A DNA stretch of 64,000 nt, from positions 13,082,001 to 13,146,000 of the forward strand of contig NC_090415.1 of NCBI RefSeq assembly GCF_036365525.1, in the 5' to 3' direction. This document shows, piece after piece, positions 10,460 to 24,559 of the stretch. The notes beneath the pieces are model-generated. The model had not been told where the DNA came from. It worked only from the letters and a program-made list of their open reading frames with translations, and made no database searches. The position numbers were made by a program, and so were the translations under genes. The DNA comes from Heterodontus francisci. Taxonomy: Eukaryota. Position 1 is the stretch's first letter, and the number at the start of each line of letters is the position of its first letter.

Positions 10460-13325
10460 TCACTTCTCTGAAGTAAACATCTTATGAACCGTCTCCAACA
10501 CATTTACTTCCTTTATTAAATAAGGAGACCAAAAATGCACACAGTATTCTAGATGTGGTCTCAGCAATGCCCTGTATAACTGAAGTATAACATGCTTACT
10601 TTCATTTTCAATTCCTCTCGTAATACTGGATAGCATTCCATTTGCCTTCCTTCTGTCTTGCTGTAACTGCACACTAACATTGTTGACTCATGCACTAGAA
10701 CACCTAGATCCCTCTCCAGAATTCTGCAGTCACTCAGCACTGAAGTATTTTTTAATCTTCCTGACAAAGTGAACAACTTCCCATTTTCTCACATTGTACA
10801 TCATCTGCCAGATTCCTGCTCACTCACTCAACCTATCTATATCAGTCTTCAACTTCCTTATGTCCTCTTCACAACATACATTCCTACCTATCTTTGTTTC
10901 ATCTGCAAATTTAGCTGCCATGTCATCACTCCCCTCATCTACGTCATTGATATAAATTGTAAAAAGTTGAGGGCCCAGCACTCGTCACATCCTGCCAATC
11001 AGAATATGACCCGTTTCTGCATTTTCTGTGTTCTGACAGCCAGTCAATCTTCTATCCATGCCAATATGTTACCCATGAGATCCTACTTCGCACAATAACC
11101 TTTTATGTGGCACCTTGTCAAATGCCTTCTGGAAATCCAAGTACTGTATGTCAACCGGGTTCCCCTTTATCCACAGTGCATGTTAGTCCTTCAAGGAACT
11201 TCAATAAATAGGTTAAACATGATTTCCCCTTCACAAAACTATGCTGACTATTCCTGATGACCTTATGTTTCTCAAAATGCCCAGCTATAGCCTCCTCATT
11301 GATCAATTCTACCACCTTCCTCATGACAGGGGTCAAGCTAACTGGCCTATAGTTAATGTTAACTCTGCATCTCTCTCCACAGATGCTGCCAGACCTGCTG
11401 AGTATTTCCAGCATTTCTTGTTTTGTTTCAAATTTCCAGCATCTGCAGTATTTTGCTTTTATATTACTATAGTTACCCTTTCTCTGCCTCCACACCTTCT
11501 CGAATAGAGGGATTATATTTTCTACTTTCCAGTCTGATGTCACCTTTCCAGAATCGTACGAATTTTGAAAAATTAACACCACCAAATCTATTACTTCCGT
11601 AGCCACCATTTTGAAACTCCCAGGATGAAGCCCATTGGGATCTGTGGACTTGTCAGCCTGTTGCTCCATCACTTTACTCAGTACCACTTCCCTGGTGATT
11701 GTAATTTCAACAAGTTCCTCTCTTCCATCCACCTCCTGATTTACAGCTATGATGGGAATGTTTTTTGTATATGCTACAGTGAAGATAGAAGCATTTTTTA
11801 ATGTACATTTCTTCTGTCATTTCCTTATTCTCAACCTTTTACTCCTAATTTTCATTCTCTAGAGGACCCACACTCAATTTACTTGCACTTTTCCTTTTCA
11901 AATACCTGTGGAAACTCTTGCTATCCGTTTTTAGATTTCTCGCTAATTTACACCCATGCTCTAATTTATTTTTCTCCTGATGAACCTTTTAGTCATTCTC
12001 TGCCATTCTATATATTATGACCAATCATCTGACCTGCCAATCATCTTTGCTCAATTCTATGCCTTTTCATTCAAGTTGATGCCTTCCTTAACTTCTTTAA
12101 TCAACCATGGATGGGGGATCCTCCCCTTGGAATTATTCTTTATAGTAGGGATATACTTATTTTAAGTATTCTGAAATATCCACTTAAATGTCTGCCACTG
12201 CTTCTCTATTAAACTATCTCCTGGCCCAGTAACCCAGTTCACTTCAGCTAGCTCTGCTCTCATGCCCACATAGCTGCCCTTATTTAACTTTAAAATACTA
12301 GTCTTAGATCCACTCCTCTCATTTTCAAACTGGATGCAAACCTCAATCATATTGTGATCATTGCTACCAAGAGGTGCAGATACTCTGAGGTCATTAATTA
12401 ATCCTGTCAAATTACACAATACTAAGTTTAATATAACCTGCTCGCTGGATGGTTCTAGAAGATGCTGCTCAAAGAATCTATTTCAAAAGCATTCTATGAA
12501 CTCCTCATACCAGCTTCTATTACCAATCTGATTTTTTCCAGTTTTTATGAAGATTAAAATCACCCATGATTATTTCCATCCCTTTATCACAAGCACCCAA
12601 TAGTTATTCTTGTCGACTTCATCCTACATTGTGATTACTGTCTGTGGGCCTGTAGACTACTCCCACTAGTGCCTTTTTTCCCTGACTGTTCCTCATCTCC
12701 ACCCAAACCGATTCTACATCCTGATCTCCTGAACCAAGGACATGTCTAACTATTGCACTAATGCATCCTTGATTAACAGTGCCAGCTCTCCACCTTTACC
12801 TAGCTTCCTAATCTTCTTGAATTTTACATACCCCTCAATATTGAGGACACAATCCTTGTCATCCTGCAGCCATGTCTCCATAATGGCTATTAGATCATAT
12901 TTATTTCCTTCAACATGTGCTATCCATTTCTTTACTTTGTTATGAATGCTACGTGCATTCACATACAGAGCCTTTGGTTTTATCTTTTTGTTATCTTTGT
13001 AACATCTAGTGTTGCCTGTTGCTCTGCTCTTAGTTTTTTTTTCTCTTTGTCCCTTCCTGCCATTCTCTGGCCATCATTTCCCATATTATTATTGTGTTTT
13101 CCTGCCTTGACTTTATCGCTTGATTTGTTACATCTGCCAAAGCTTGTTCCCCTCCCCCTTTGTTTAGACCAAGTAACTCTCTACATCCCTAGTTATACAG
13201 ATTGCTCGAACACTGGTCCCAGCTTGGCTCAGGTATAAACTGTCCGAACGGTACAGCCTCCACTTTCCCTAGTACTGGTGCCAGTGCCCCACAACCTGAA
13301 CCTGACTTCTCCCACACCAGTCTTG
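10460..13325 (-). mobile_element. Long decayed CR1 (end of ORF1, APE endonuclease, RT)
   Basis: MNARSIHNK...IAIMETWLQDD and PLGSNDHNMI (endonuclease); NYRPVSLT and FVKGKSCLT (RT). Confidence 0.85.
11356..11466 (+). mobile_element. Short Penelope-terminus insertion with 9-bp TSD
   Basis: Flanked by CTATAGTTA (11347-11355 and 11467-11475). The paralogous CR1 site at about 46766 has a single CTATAGTTA and no insert. Confidence 0.8.
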
Positions 13326-13329
13326 GTGG

Positions 13330-15130
13330 GTGTAAGTTTCACTGTATATCTCTCAATCCCTAGTCTACAATTTACCTCTGTCATTTTCGGATTTTGAGTG
13401 TGGCTTTATCTGTACCTGTCAGTTTGTTTTATGTGAGAAACGTCTTATTCTGTACTTTTCAGCTTCTGTTGTGTGTGTTCTGGCTTGTACTTTGTCCCCA
13501 TCAGTATAGGGTATGTGAGTGTGGATTTGACAGTTAATATTACATTCTTGTGTATATGAGTGGGAGTTCACACTTTATCTTTGATTGTCTAGTAGCCAAT
13601 TTAAGGTTTAACCTGTGCCCTTAAATGTCTCATGTGCAGCTGTGGTTTTTAACCTGTCTCTGTCACTGTCTGGTATAAGAGTAAGGGTTTCAGTCTGGAT
13701 TTTACACCACATCTCTACATTCTCTCAGATGTGCATGTGAGTTTTAATCTGTACATGCCAGTTTCTGACATTTGGCTGTGAGGTTTACTTTGTACATTGT
13801 CTTTCTCTGATATGTGACTGACAATTTTATTCTGAACTTGTCAGTTTATTTTCTATCTGTTTGGGTTTTAACCTGTATCTGATATATGACTCTTCTTAAT
13901 TATGTTTGTGTTGCTCTGTATCTGTCAGTGTCTGAAGTGCAATTGTCAGGTTTACTTTGTACCTGTCAGAGTCTGTTGTGGATGAGAGGCTTTCACTCTC
14001 TAACTGTTAACTTCTTGCAATTCATTATTGATTTCACTCTGTGTCTGTCAGTCTCTGGTAGTTAAGTGCGGCATTTATACTGTATCTCCTCATTTCTGAT
14101 ATGTCAATGTAGATATTAATGTGTACCTGTTGGTTTCTCCTATGCGAGTCTGGGCTAAAATCTGTTTCTGCCAGTTTCTCATATGTGAGGGTGGCATTTA
14201 TTCTGTACCTGTTACTGTCTGAATTAAGAGAAGGTTTTAATCTTTCTCTGTCAGTTGCTGGTATGTTAATGTGGGTTCATTCTGGATCTTTCAATCTTTG
14301 GAATTTGAGTCTGTGCTTTACCCTATTTTGTTTCTGTTAAGTGAATGACGGGTTAAATCTGTACCTGCGCATTGATAGTAAATGAATGTAGTTTTTAGTC
14401 TGTACCTGTCAGTTTATGAAAAATGAAGGTGGTTTTATTTCTCTATCTGCCAGATTCTGATATGTGACTGTTGTTTTATTCTGTACCTGTTATTTTCTGG
14501 GATATGATTGTGGTTTTTGATCTGTATCTGTCAGTTTCTATTACTTGAGTGAGTTTTACTTTGCACCAGTTGTCTTCTGGTATGTGAGTGTCGGTTTTAA
14601 GCTGGACCCGTAAAGTTAAGGTAATATAGTGTGGGTTTATTCTGTATCTATCAAACTCCAGTGTGTGACATGGGGCCTTTCTCTGAATCTGTCGATTTCA
14701 GCTCTGTAACTGTAAGTTTTAATCTGCAACTTACAGTTCCTGATAGGTGTGTGAGCACATTTTCTTTTCTTCTGCAGCTATCAACGTCTACTACATGAGT
14801 ATGTGTGTTATTCTTATCTTTCAATTTCTATCATTGAAGAATTGCTTTTCCTTTGAACTTCTTAGTCTCTGCAATGTGTCCATGGGTTTTACATGGTAAC
14901 TGTCTCTGTTAAGTGACTCTGGTGTGATTCTCTATCTGACAGTCTCTTGCCTGTGAGTGGTTTTATTTTCTTCTCTGTATGTGTCAGTTTCCCTTCAGTG
15001 GCTGAAGGTTTTAATCTTCACTTAAACTCTTTAATAATTTGTAAATGTGAAATTCACTCTGTGTCTGTCTGTGTACATTATATGAATGAGTTTATTTTCA
15101 TTTTGTAATCATCAGTATCAGGCATGTGAG
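13330..15130 (+). repeat. Decayed ~40-bp tandem repeat array
   Basis: CTGTACCTGTCAG-like cores at 14400, 14441, 14481, 14522, 14561 and 14602. Confidence 0.7.
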
Positions 15131-15349
15131 GGTGAGATTCACTGTCTCCAGGATGCACCCTCTTGTGAGATTGACAGAGTGCCTTTTACTCTGATAGTGG
15201 GTTCTGCTTTTGAACTTTACCTAATTTTCAGTAGTATTGAGTTGGAATGGATTGGATACAATGTCTCTCTCTTCTGCTTTGTTTGATTGCTGAATTGGAA
15301 ATGTGTCTCTGAACTTGGGATCAGTGAGAGTTTCACTACATCTGCTCCT

Positions 15350-15790
15350 TGTGACTATGGAATGAAATGAAGGCCTAAAGGAGTGGTACTGTACCTTGTC
15401 AGTGATGGAAGGAGCCGACTGCACTTTCCCTTGTTCCTGGGAATCATCACATTCATTCTGCTCCCTTGAACTATTCACCAACAGTAAGGAAGAAAACTAT
15501 GTATTGTAAGTCACGAGCAGTTGAGGTGGAAGCTAGAAAAGAGATTAATGTAACATTTCAATTAATAATCATTATGACTAATCACAAATGCTAAACAGAA
15601 ATACAAAGAATATCACTGTCTGATTCCACTGCAGCTCTCAGCATCTGCTGACGAGGTGTCCTGGCAGTTCCATAACAATTTTGAGACATCCAGAAACAAG
15701 CCAACATCTACACTGCTCCAAGGTTGGAACGATCTGATGGAGCAGGGATATTTGTGCAGGTCAGCTTTCTATTTCCATCTGGCATTATAA
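15350..15790 (+). pseudogene. Diverged copy of an unidentified two-exon coding remnant
   Basis: Aligns with 44273-44737. Reads ...QFHNNFETSRNKPTSTLLQGWNDLMEQGYLCRSAFYFHLAL. Splice sites are decayed. Confidence 0.45.
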
Positions 15791-15799
15791 TATAATGAC

Positions 15800-16420
15800 C
15801 CAAGAACTAGGAGCAGGAGTAAGCCATTCAGCCTCTCGCGCCTGATCCACCATTCAATAAAATCATGTCGAATTTGATCTTGGCTTCATTTCCATTATCC
15901 TGCCTGGCCAAAAACCCATTACTCCCTTGTAGATCAAAAGTTTAACTCATCCTTGAATATATTTCATTTTCCAGCCCCCACTACTCTCTGGTGCAGAGAA
16001 TTCCATCGATTAATGACGCTTTGAGAGAAGAAATTCTTCCTTACCTCTGTCTAAAATGGTAGACCCCTTATTCTGAAACTGTGCAACGTGGTTCTTGATT
16101 CCCTCAAGAGGGGAGTCATCTTCTCAGCATCTACTCTGTCAAGACCCCTCAGAATCTTACACTTTTCAATAAGATTAGATCTGATTATTACGAACTCCAA
16201 TGAGTGTAACACAACCTGCTCAACCTTTTGCTCATAAGACAGCCTCTTCATCTCAGGAACCAACTGAACGAATCTTGCCTGAACTGCATCCAATGCACAT
16301 ATGCACGAAGGAGACCACAACTGTATCCACTATTCCAGGTAATGTCTCACCAACACCCTGCAAATTTGTAGCAAAACTTTCCTCCATTTATATTCCAGCC
16401 CCCTTGCAGGTAATGTCAAA
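15800..16420 (-). mobile_element. CR1 3' fragment
   Basis: ORF 16051-16320 (ILRGLDRVDAEKM...SFRIRG) plus CR1 tail. Confidence 0.8.
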
Positions 16421-16504
16421 AGTTTTCACTATTCACTTTTCAATAACAACAAACAGCGTGAAACCGGAGCTAAACCAGGAACAAGCATTACAGGTTTGAG
16501 AAGC

Positions 16505-19500
16505 AATTTTTTTGTTCATTACTTCTGCCATTTCCTTATTACCAAACTTGAACTTCCAATTTACATTCTCAACACTCACTTTACTTACACTTTTCCTTTT
16601 CAAATGCCTGCAGAAACCCTTGCTATCCGTTATTACATTTCCAGCCAGCTTACTCCCATGCTCTAATTTCTTTGCCCCTGATTAACCTTTGGTCAGAATA
16701 TATAGAATGGCACAGAATGACTCAATCATCTGACCTACCACTCATCTTTGCACAATTCTCTGCCTTTTCATTCAGGTTGATGCCTTCCTTAACTTCTTTA
16801 ATCAACCATGGATGGAGGGTCCTCCCCTTGGAATTATTCTTTACAGTAGGGATATACTTATTTAAAGTATTCTGAAATATCCACTTAAATGTCTGCCACT
16901 GCTTCTCAATTGATCCCAGTTCACTTCAGCTAGCTCAGCTTTCATGCCCACATAGTTGTCCTTATTTAAGCTTAAAATATTAGTCTTAGACCCACTCCTC
17001 TCACTTTCAAACTGGATGCAAACTTCAATCATATTGTGATCATTGCTACCAAGAGGTGCATTTACTCTGAGGTCATTAATTAATCCTGTCAAATTGCACA
17101 ATGTCAAGTCGAGCAAGTTCTAGAACATGCTGCTGGAAGAAACTATCTCGAAAGCACTCTATGAACTCCTCATACAGGCTTCTATTACCAATCTCATTCT
17201 TTCCAGTTTATAATTATTTACTTTAGACATACAGCACTGAAACAGGCCCTTCAGTCCACCGAGTCTGTACCAACCATCAACCACCCATTTATACTAATCC
17301 TACATTAATCCCATATTCCTAACCCATTCCCACCTTTCCTCAATTCTCCTATCACCTACCGAAACTCGGGGCAATTTATAATAGCCAATTTACCTATCAA
17401 CCTGCAAGCCTTTGGCTGTGGGAGGAAACTGGAGCACCCGGCGAAAACCCACAGAGTCACAAGGAGAACTTGCAAACTCTGCACAGGCAGTACACAGAAT
17501 TGGACCTGGGTCGCTGGAGCTGTGAGGCTGTGGTGCTAACCACTGCACCACTGTGTTGTTTAAAAACACCTGTGATTCTTTCCATCTCATTATCACAAGC
17601 ACCCAATAGATATTCTTGTTTCCTTCATCCTAAATTGTGATTACTGTTTGGGGGCCTGTAGACTGTTCTGACTAGTGCCTCTTTCCCCGACTATTCCTCA
17701 TCTCCACTCAAACCGATTCTACATCCTGATCTCCTGAACCAAGGTCATGTCTAACAATTGCACCAATACGATCCTTGATTAACAGTGCCAGCTCTCCACC
17801 TTTACCTCGCTTCCTGTTCTTCTTGAATGGTACATATCCCTCAATATTGAGGACCCAATCCTTGTCATCCTGCAGCCATGTCTCCATAATGGCTATTAGA
17901 TCATATTTATTTACTTCAACGTGTGCTATCAGTTTCTCTACTTTGTTATGAATTCTATGTGCATTCACATAAAGAGCCTTTGGTGTTATCTTTTTGTTAT
18001 CTTTGTCACATCTAGTGTTGACGGTTGGTCTGCTCTAAGGTTATTTTTCTCTGCCCCTTCCAGCCATTCTCTGGCCTTCATTTCCCATATTACTATTGTG
18101 TTCTCCTGCCTTGACTCTACCCCTTGATTTGTTACATCTACTAAAGCTTGATGCCTCTACCACTTTGTTTAGATCAAGTACCTCTCTACATCCCTAGTTA
18201 TATTGTTTTCTCGAACACTGGTCCCAGCTTGGTTCAGGTGTAGACTGTCCAAACGGTACAGCCCCCACTTTCCCTAGTACTGGTACCAGTGCCCGACGAA
18301 GCGATCCTCACTTCTCCCACACCAGTCTTGGCGGGTGTAAGTTTCACTGTATATCTCACTCCCTGGTCTACAATTTACCTCTGTCAGTTTCAGTTTTTGA
18401 ATGTGGCTTTATCTGTACCCTGTCAGTTTGTTTTATGTGAGAAATGTCTTATTCTGTACCTTACAGCTTCTGGTGTATGCGTATCTGTCTTGTACCTTGT
18501 CCCCATCAGTATATGGTATGTGATTGTGGATTTGACACAATATTACATTCTTGTGTATATGAGTGGGGGTTCACACTTTATCTTTGATTGTCTAGTATGC
18601 CAATTTAAGGTTTAACCTGTGCCCTTAAATGTCTCATGTGTAGCTGAGGCCTTGAACCTGTCCCTGTCTGGTATAAGAGTAAGAGTTTCAGTGTGGATTT
18701 TACAACACATCTCTCCACGCTCTCGGATGTGAATGTGATTTTTAATCTGTACATGCCAGTTTCTGACACTGGCTGTGAGGTTTACTTTGTACATTGTCAT
18801 TCTCTGAAATGTGACTGCCAATTTTATTCTGAACCTGTCAGTTTTTTTTCTCTGTGTGTGAGTTTTAGCCTGTATCTGGTATATGAATCTTCTTAATTAT
18901 GTATCTGTCAGTGTCTGAAGTGCAATTGTTAGGTTTACTTTGTCTGTTATGGATGAGAGACTTTCACTCTCTGTCAATTTCTTGCAATTCACTATGGATT
19001 TCACACTGTGTCTGTCAGTCTCTGGTAGGTAAGTGTGGCAGTTATACTGTATCTTCTAATTTCTGATATGTGAATGTAGATTTTAATGTGTACCTGTTGA
19101 TTTCTCCTATGCAAGTCTTTTTACAATCTGTTTCTGCCAGTTTCTCATATGTGAGGGTGGCATTTATTCTGTACCTGTTACTTTGCGAAATGTGGGAAGA
19201 TTTTAATCTTTCTCTGTCAGTTGCTGGTATGTGAATGTGAGTTAATTCTCGATCTTTCAATCTTTGGAATTTGAGAACATGCTTTACCCTATATCTGTTT
19301 GCTTCTGTTAAGTGAATGAGGGATTAAAGCTGTACCTGTCCATTGATAGTAAATGAATGTAGTTTTTAGTCTGTACCTGTCAGTTTATGGAAAATGAAAG
19401 TGGTTTTATTTCACTATCTGACAGATTCTGATATCTGACTGTTGTTTTATTCTTTACCTGTTATTTTCTGGGATATGATTGTGGTTTTTGATCTGTACCT

Positions 19501-21458
19501 ATCAGTTTCTGTTACTTGAGTGAGTTTTACTTTGCACCAGTTGTCTTCTGGTATGTGAGTGTCAGTTTTTAGCTGCACCTGTATGACAGGTTAAACCCTA
19601 AGGTATGATGTTGTGGGTTTATTCTGTCTCTTTCAAACTCTATTCTGTGACATGGGGCCTATCTCTGAATCAGTCGATTTCTGCTCTGTAACTGTACGTT
19701 TTAATATGCAGCTTACAGTTCCTGATAGGTGTATGAGCATATTTTCTTTGTACGCAGTTATCAATGTCTATTACATGAGGATGTGTGTTATTCCTAGATT
19801 TCAATTTCTGTTATTGAAGAAGAGATTTTCCTTTGTACTTCTCTGTCTCTGCAATGTGTCCATGTCTGTTACTGGTAACTGTCTGTCTCTGTTAGGTGAC
19901 TCTGGTTTTATTCTCTATCGGACAGCCTCTTGCCTGTGAGGGGTTTTATTTTCTTCTCTGTATCTGTCAGTTTCCTTTCTGTGGCTGAATGTTTTAATCT
20001 TGACTTAAACTTTTTAATAATTTGTAAATGTGAATTTCACTTTGTGCCTGTCTGTTTACATTATATGAATGTGTTTATTTTTATTTTGTCAACATCAGTT
20101 TCAGGCATGTGAGGGTGAGATTCACTGTCTCCAGGATGCACCCTCTTGTGAGACTGACAGAGTGCCTTTTAATCTGATAGTGGGTTCTGCTTTTGAACTT
20201 TACCTAACTTTCAGCAGTATTGATTTGGAATGGATTGGATACAATGTCTGTCTCTTCTGATTTGTTTGATTGCTGAATTGGAAATGTGTCTCTAAACTTA
20301 GGATCAGTGAAACTTTGACTACATCTGCTTCTTGTGACAATGCCATGAACTGAAGGCCTATGGGAGTGGTACTGTACCTTGTCTGTGATGGAAGGAGCCG
20401 ACTGCACTTTCCCTTGTGCCTGGGAATCATCACATTCATTCTGCTCCCTTGAACTTTTCAACGACAGAAAGGAAGAAAACTATGTCTTGTAAGTCACGAG
20501 CAGTTGAGTTGGAAGCTAGAAAAGAGATTAATGTAACATTTCAATTAATAATCATTATGACTAATTACAAATGCTAACCAAAAATACAAAGAATATCACT
20601 GTCTGATTCCACTGCAGCTCTCAGCATCTGCTGACGAGATGTCTTGGCAGTTTCACAACAATTTTTGGACATCCAGAAACAAGCCAACATCTACACTGCT
20701 CCAAGGTTGGGACGACCTGATGGAGCAGGGATATTTGTGCAGGTCAGGTTTCTATTTCCATCTGGCATTATAATTTAATAACCTAAGAACTAGGAGCAGG
20801 AGTCAGCCATTCAGCCTCTCCAGCCTGATCCACCATTCAATAAAATCATGTCTGATTTGATCTTGGCTTCAGCTCCATTATCCTGCCTGGCTAAAAACCC
20901 ATTACTCCCTTGTAGATAAAAAAATTAACTCATCCTTGAATATATTTCATCATCCAGCCTCCATTGCTCTCAAGGGTAGAAAATTCCATAGATTAATGAC
21001 ACTTTGAGAGAAGAAATTCTTCCTTACCTCCGTCTAAAATGGGAGACCCCTTATTCTGAAACTGTACGGCGTGGTTCTTGATTCCCTCGAGGGGAGATAT
21101 CTTCTCAGCATCTACTCTGTCAAGACCCCTCAGAATTTTACACTTTGCAATAAGATTAGCTCTGATTATTACAAACTCCAATGAGTGTAACACAACCTGC
21201 TCAACCTTTTCCTCAAAGCGCAACCTCTTCATCGCAGGAAGCAACGGAACGAACCTTGCCTGAACTGCATCCAATGCGAAGGAGACCACAACTGTATCCA
21301 ATACTCCAGGTGAGGTCTCACCAACAACTGACGTTTATATTCCATCCCCCTTGCAATAAATGCCAACAGTCCGGCTCTGTTTTCACTATTCACTTGTCAA
21401 TAACAACAAACAGCGTGAAATAGGAGCTAAACCAGGAACAAGCATTACAGGTTTGAGG
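16505..21458 (+). repeat. ~5-kb tandem duplicate of about 11800-16500 (CR1, 40-bp array, exon remnants, CR1)
   Basis: Paralogous ORFs 12750/17708, 15221/20204 and 16051/20993. Both copies end at GGAACAAGCATTACAGGTTTGAG. Confidence 0.88.
17225..17555 (-). mobile_element. tRNA-derived SINE (HE1/V-SINE-like)
   Basis: Reverse complement begins CAGTGGTGCAGTGGTTAGCACCACAGCCTCACAGCTCCAG. It is absent from the paralogous CR1 at about 12545. Confidence 0.8.
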
Positions 21459-21699
21459 ATAAAAACAGCCATGAATTTCAACAGCAGCTTCTTCACGTTT
21501 TGTCTCACTTACGCAGTGCACACGCAGCCCAAGAAATGCCTCTGCCTTCCGCCGCTCACTCCATGTTACCGGATCACTTCCTGCCTCACTCTGTCTCTTG
21601 CAAACAACTCGCAACCCTCCTGAACTTGCCCCAAAGTCAATGACGATCTCTGAGCCAGATTGCGGACAAGTTTCCCCAAACAAAGTGCTGCTGGAAGGA

Positions 21700-21880
21700 G
21701 ACTGCTGTTTGCTGACTTACCCCGATACTGTAATATCTCCATTCCCTCTGTTAAAAACAAACCCTTTCCCCTCTTTGAATAAATGCCGTTCAATAGCTTT
21801 GCAGGCACAGGGGAGCGCATGCGCTCAGTCGGTCAACAACTCTCAGAGGTGTGGGCGGGGCTTTACCGCGCATGCGCTTC
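21700..21880 (-). promoter_or_regulatory. CpG-rich promoter-like element: two NRF1 palindromes, GC box, downstream splice donor
   Basis: GAGCGCATGCGCTC 21813-21826, GGGCGGGG 21853-21860, GCGCATGCGC 21868-21877. Minus-strand GG/GTAAGT at 21715-21720. Confidence 0.5.
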
Positions 21881-22404
21881 TTTCGGCAACGCTTTGAAAA
21901 ACAAAAATACAAACAATTGGAACTTTATTCAGTTCAGTTTTATCACATTGTGAGCAATGGAACAGGGGCTGCGGGTAAGATTAGAGAAGGTTCCCATCTG
22001 GGAGATTACCCCTTTATAAAGTTCAATTTGAGATTATTCTCTGCAGTATGTTTGCCCAGTTTCTCAAAGCAATCCTTGGAGGGAGTCGGTGTGTTTGCTG
22101 GGATCGCGCAGGATTTAATATCTGACAGTAACAGTCCTAGATTCATGTAATCACATTGAAAATGTCTGTCACTGAGTGTCAGAGCGAACGGTTCGAGCTG
22201 AAACCTTGCAGAGACCTCAACAGGGCAGAAAAAAAGTTACATTTGGGACATTGTGTGACTCACTTTCGGACACGTCCTCAGATTGTGAGATTAATAATGT
22301 GGCTGCTTGTGGCACCATATAAGTGAGAGATAAGTTTGTATCGTCGGTCTCCCCGGGTGGATCTTTCGAGATAAAACGAATCTGACATTTCAGCCCACAA
22401 CTCA

Positions 22405-24525
22405 ATAGTGACAGGTCAGTCAGTCTAACCTCAGTAGTGAGCAAAATATTGGAATCATTCTGAGAGACAGGATAAACTGTCACTTAGAAAGGCATCGATT
22501 AGTCAAGCAGAGTCAGCGTGGATTTGTGAAGGGAAGATCTCGTCTGACCAACTTGATCCAATTTCTTGAATTAATAACAAGGAAGTTGTATGAGGGCACT
22601 GTAGTTGATGTGGTCTACATGGACTTTAACAAGGATTTTGACAAGTTCCCACGTAGCAGACTGTTTCAAAAAATAAAATCCCGGGGGATCCAGGAAAATA
22701 CAGTAAGCTGGATGTAAATTTGGTTTAGTGACAGGCAACAAAGGGTAATTATTAACGGGTGTTTTTGCGATTGGAGAGCTGTTTCCATTGGCGTTCCGCT
22801 CAGTACTGGGTCACCTGCTCATTGTGGTATATATTAATGATTTGGACGTAAATGTAGGGGAAATGATCAAGAAGCTTACAGACGACACAAAAATTGGTCG
22901 TGTGATAGAAAGCGAGGAGGATTGCTGTAGGCTGCAGGAAGATATTGATGCTCTGGACATATGGGCAAAAAAATGACAAATGGAATAAAATTCGGATAAG
23001 TGTGAGGGAGGTCAAACAAGGCAAAGGAATACATGATTAATGGGAATATACTGAGTTGTGTAGAGAATGTGAGGGACCTTGGAGTAAATGTCCACTGACC
23101 CAGAAGGTAGGAGGACAGGTCTACAAGGTGGTTAAGAAGTCATGTAATTGCTTTCACATGCGTTCAAGTCCTTGGAAGAAGGAATTTTCCTCCACACAAG
23201 ATCAGGGGGCAGGTTGTTCAACCTTGTCCGTCGAAGAGCCAAGTCCAAAGTACGGAAAGTCCTCATCAGGGAACTCCTCTTTGCTGATGATGCTGCTTTA
23301 ACATCTCATACTGAAAAGTGCCTGCAGAGTCTCATCAACAGGTTTGTGGCTGCCTGCAATGAATTTGGCCTAACCATCAGCCTCAGGAAAACGAACATCA
23401 TGGGGCAGGACGTCAGAAATGCTCCATCCATCAATATTGGCGACCACGCTCTGGAAGTGGTTCAAGAGTTCACCTACAACGGCTCAACTATCACCAGTAA
23501 CCTGCCTCTAGATGCAGAAATCAACAAGCACATGGGAAAGGCTTCCACTGCTATGTCCAGACTGGCCAAGAGAGTGTGGGAAAATGGCGCACTGACACGG
23601 AATACAAAAGTCCGAGTGTATCAAGCCTGTGTCCTCAGTACCTTGATCTATGGCAGCGAGGCCTGGACAATGGATGTCAGCCAAGAGTGGTGTCTCAATT
23701 CATTCCATCTTCGCTGCCTCCGGAGAATACTTGGCATCAGGTGGCAGGACCGTATCTCCAACACAGAAGTCCTCGAGGCGGCCAACATCCCCAGCTTATA
23801 CACACTACTGAGTCAGCGGTGCTTGAGATGGCTTGGCCATGTGAGCCGCATGGAAGATGGCAGGATCCCCAAAGACACATTGTACAGCGAGCTCGCCACT
23901 GGTATCAGACCCATTGGCCGTCCATGTCTCCGCTTTAAAGACGTCTGCAAACGCGACATGAAATCCTGTGACATTGATCACAAGTCGTGGGAGTCAGTTG
24001 CCAGCGTTCGCCAGAGCTGGCGGACAGCCATAAAGGTGGGGCTAAAATGTGGTGAGTTCCTGCAGTTGGCAGGAAATAAGACAGAGGCACAAGGGAAGAG
24101 CCAACTGTGTAACAGCCCCAACAATCAATTTTTTCTGCAGCACCTGTGGAAGAGCCTGTCACTCTAGAATTGGCCTTTATAGCCACTCCAGGCACTGCTC
24201 CACACACCACTGACCACATCCATTGTCTGTGGAGATAAGGAAGCCAAAGAAGAATTGCATTATAGAGGGTACAGAGGAGATTTACAAGGATGTTGCCGGG
24301 ACTGGAAAAAATGCAGCTATGAGGAAAGATTGGGTGGCCTGGGACTGTTCCCCTTGGAACAGAGAATGGTAGATCTGATTGAAATGTATAACATTTTGAG
24401 AGGCCTGGATAGAGTGGATGTCAAGGGCCTATTTACCTTCGTAGGGAGGTCAGTGACGAGGGGACAAAGACTTAAAGTGTTTGGTAGAAAGATTAGAGGG
24501 GAGATAAGGGAAAGTTTTCCTCACC
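22405..24525 (+). mobile_element. Decayed CR1 RT interrupted by an RTE insertion
   Basis: VDVVYMDFNKDFDK and VYINDLD...DDTKIG before 23145. Resumes with (V)IAL-RVQRRFTRMLPGL after 24253. Confidence 0.8.
23152..24252 (+). mobile_element. RTE-clade LINE, 5'-truncated, RT 3' half
   Basis: ORF 23148-24167 has LLFADDAAL, YGSEAW and LRWLGHVSRMEDGRIPKDTLYSEL. A frameshifted C2H2-like end and an AAG tail follow. Putative TSD AATTGC at 23146-23151 and 24253-24258. Confidence 0.88.
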
Positions 24526-24559
24526 TAGCAATGCAAAACTGGGCATCCATGAGGCTCTG

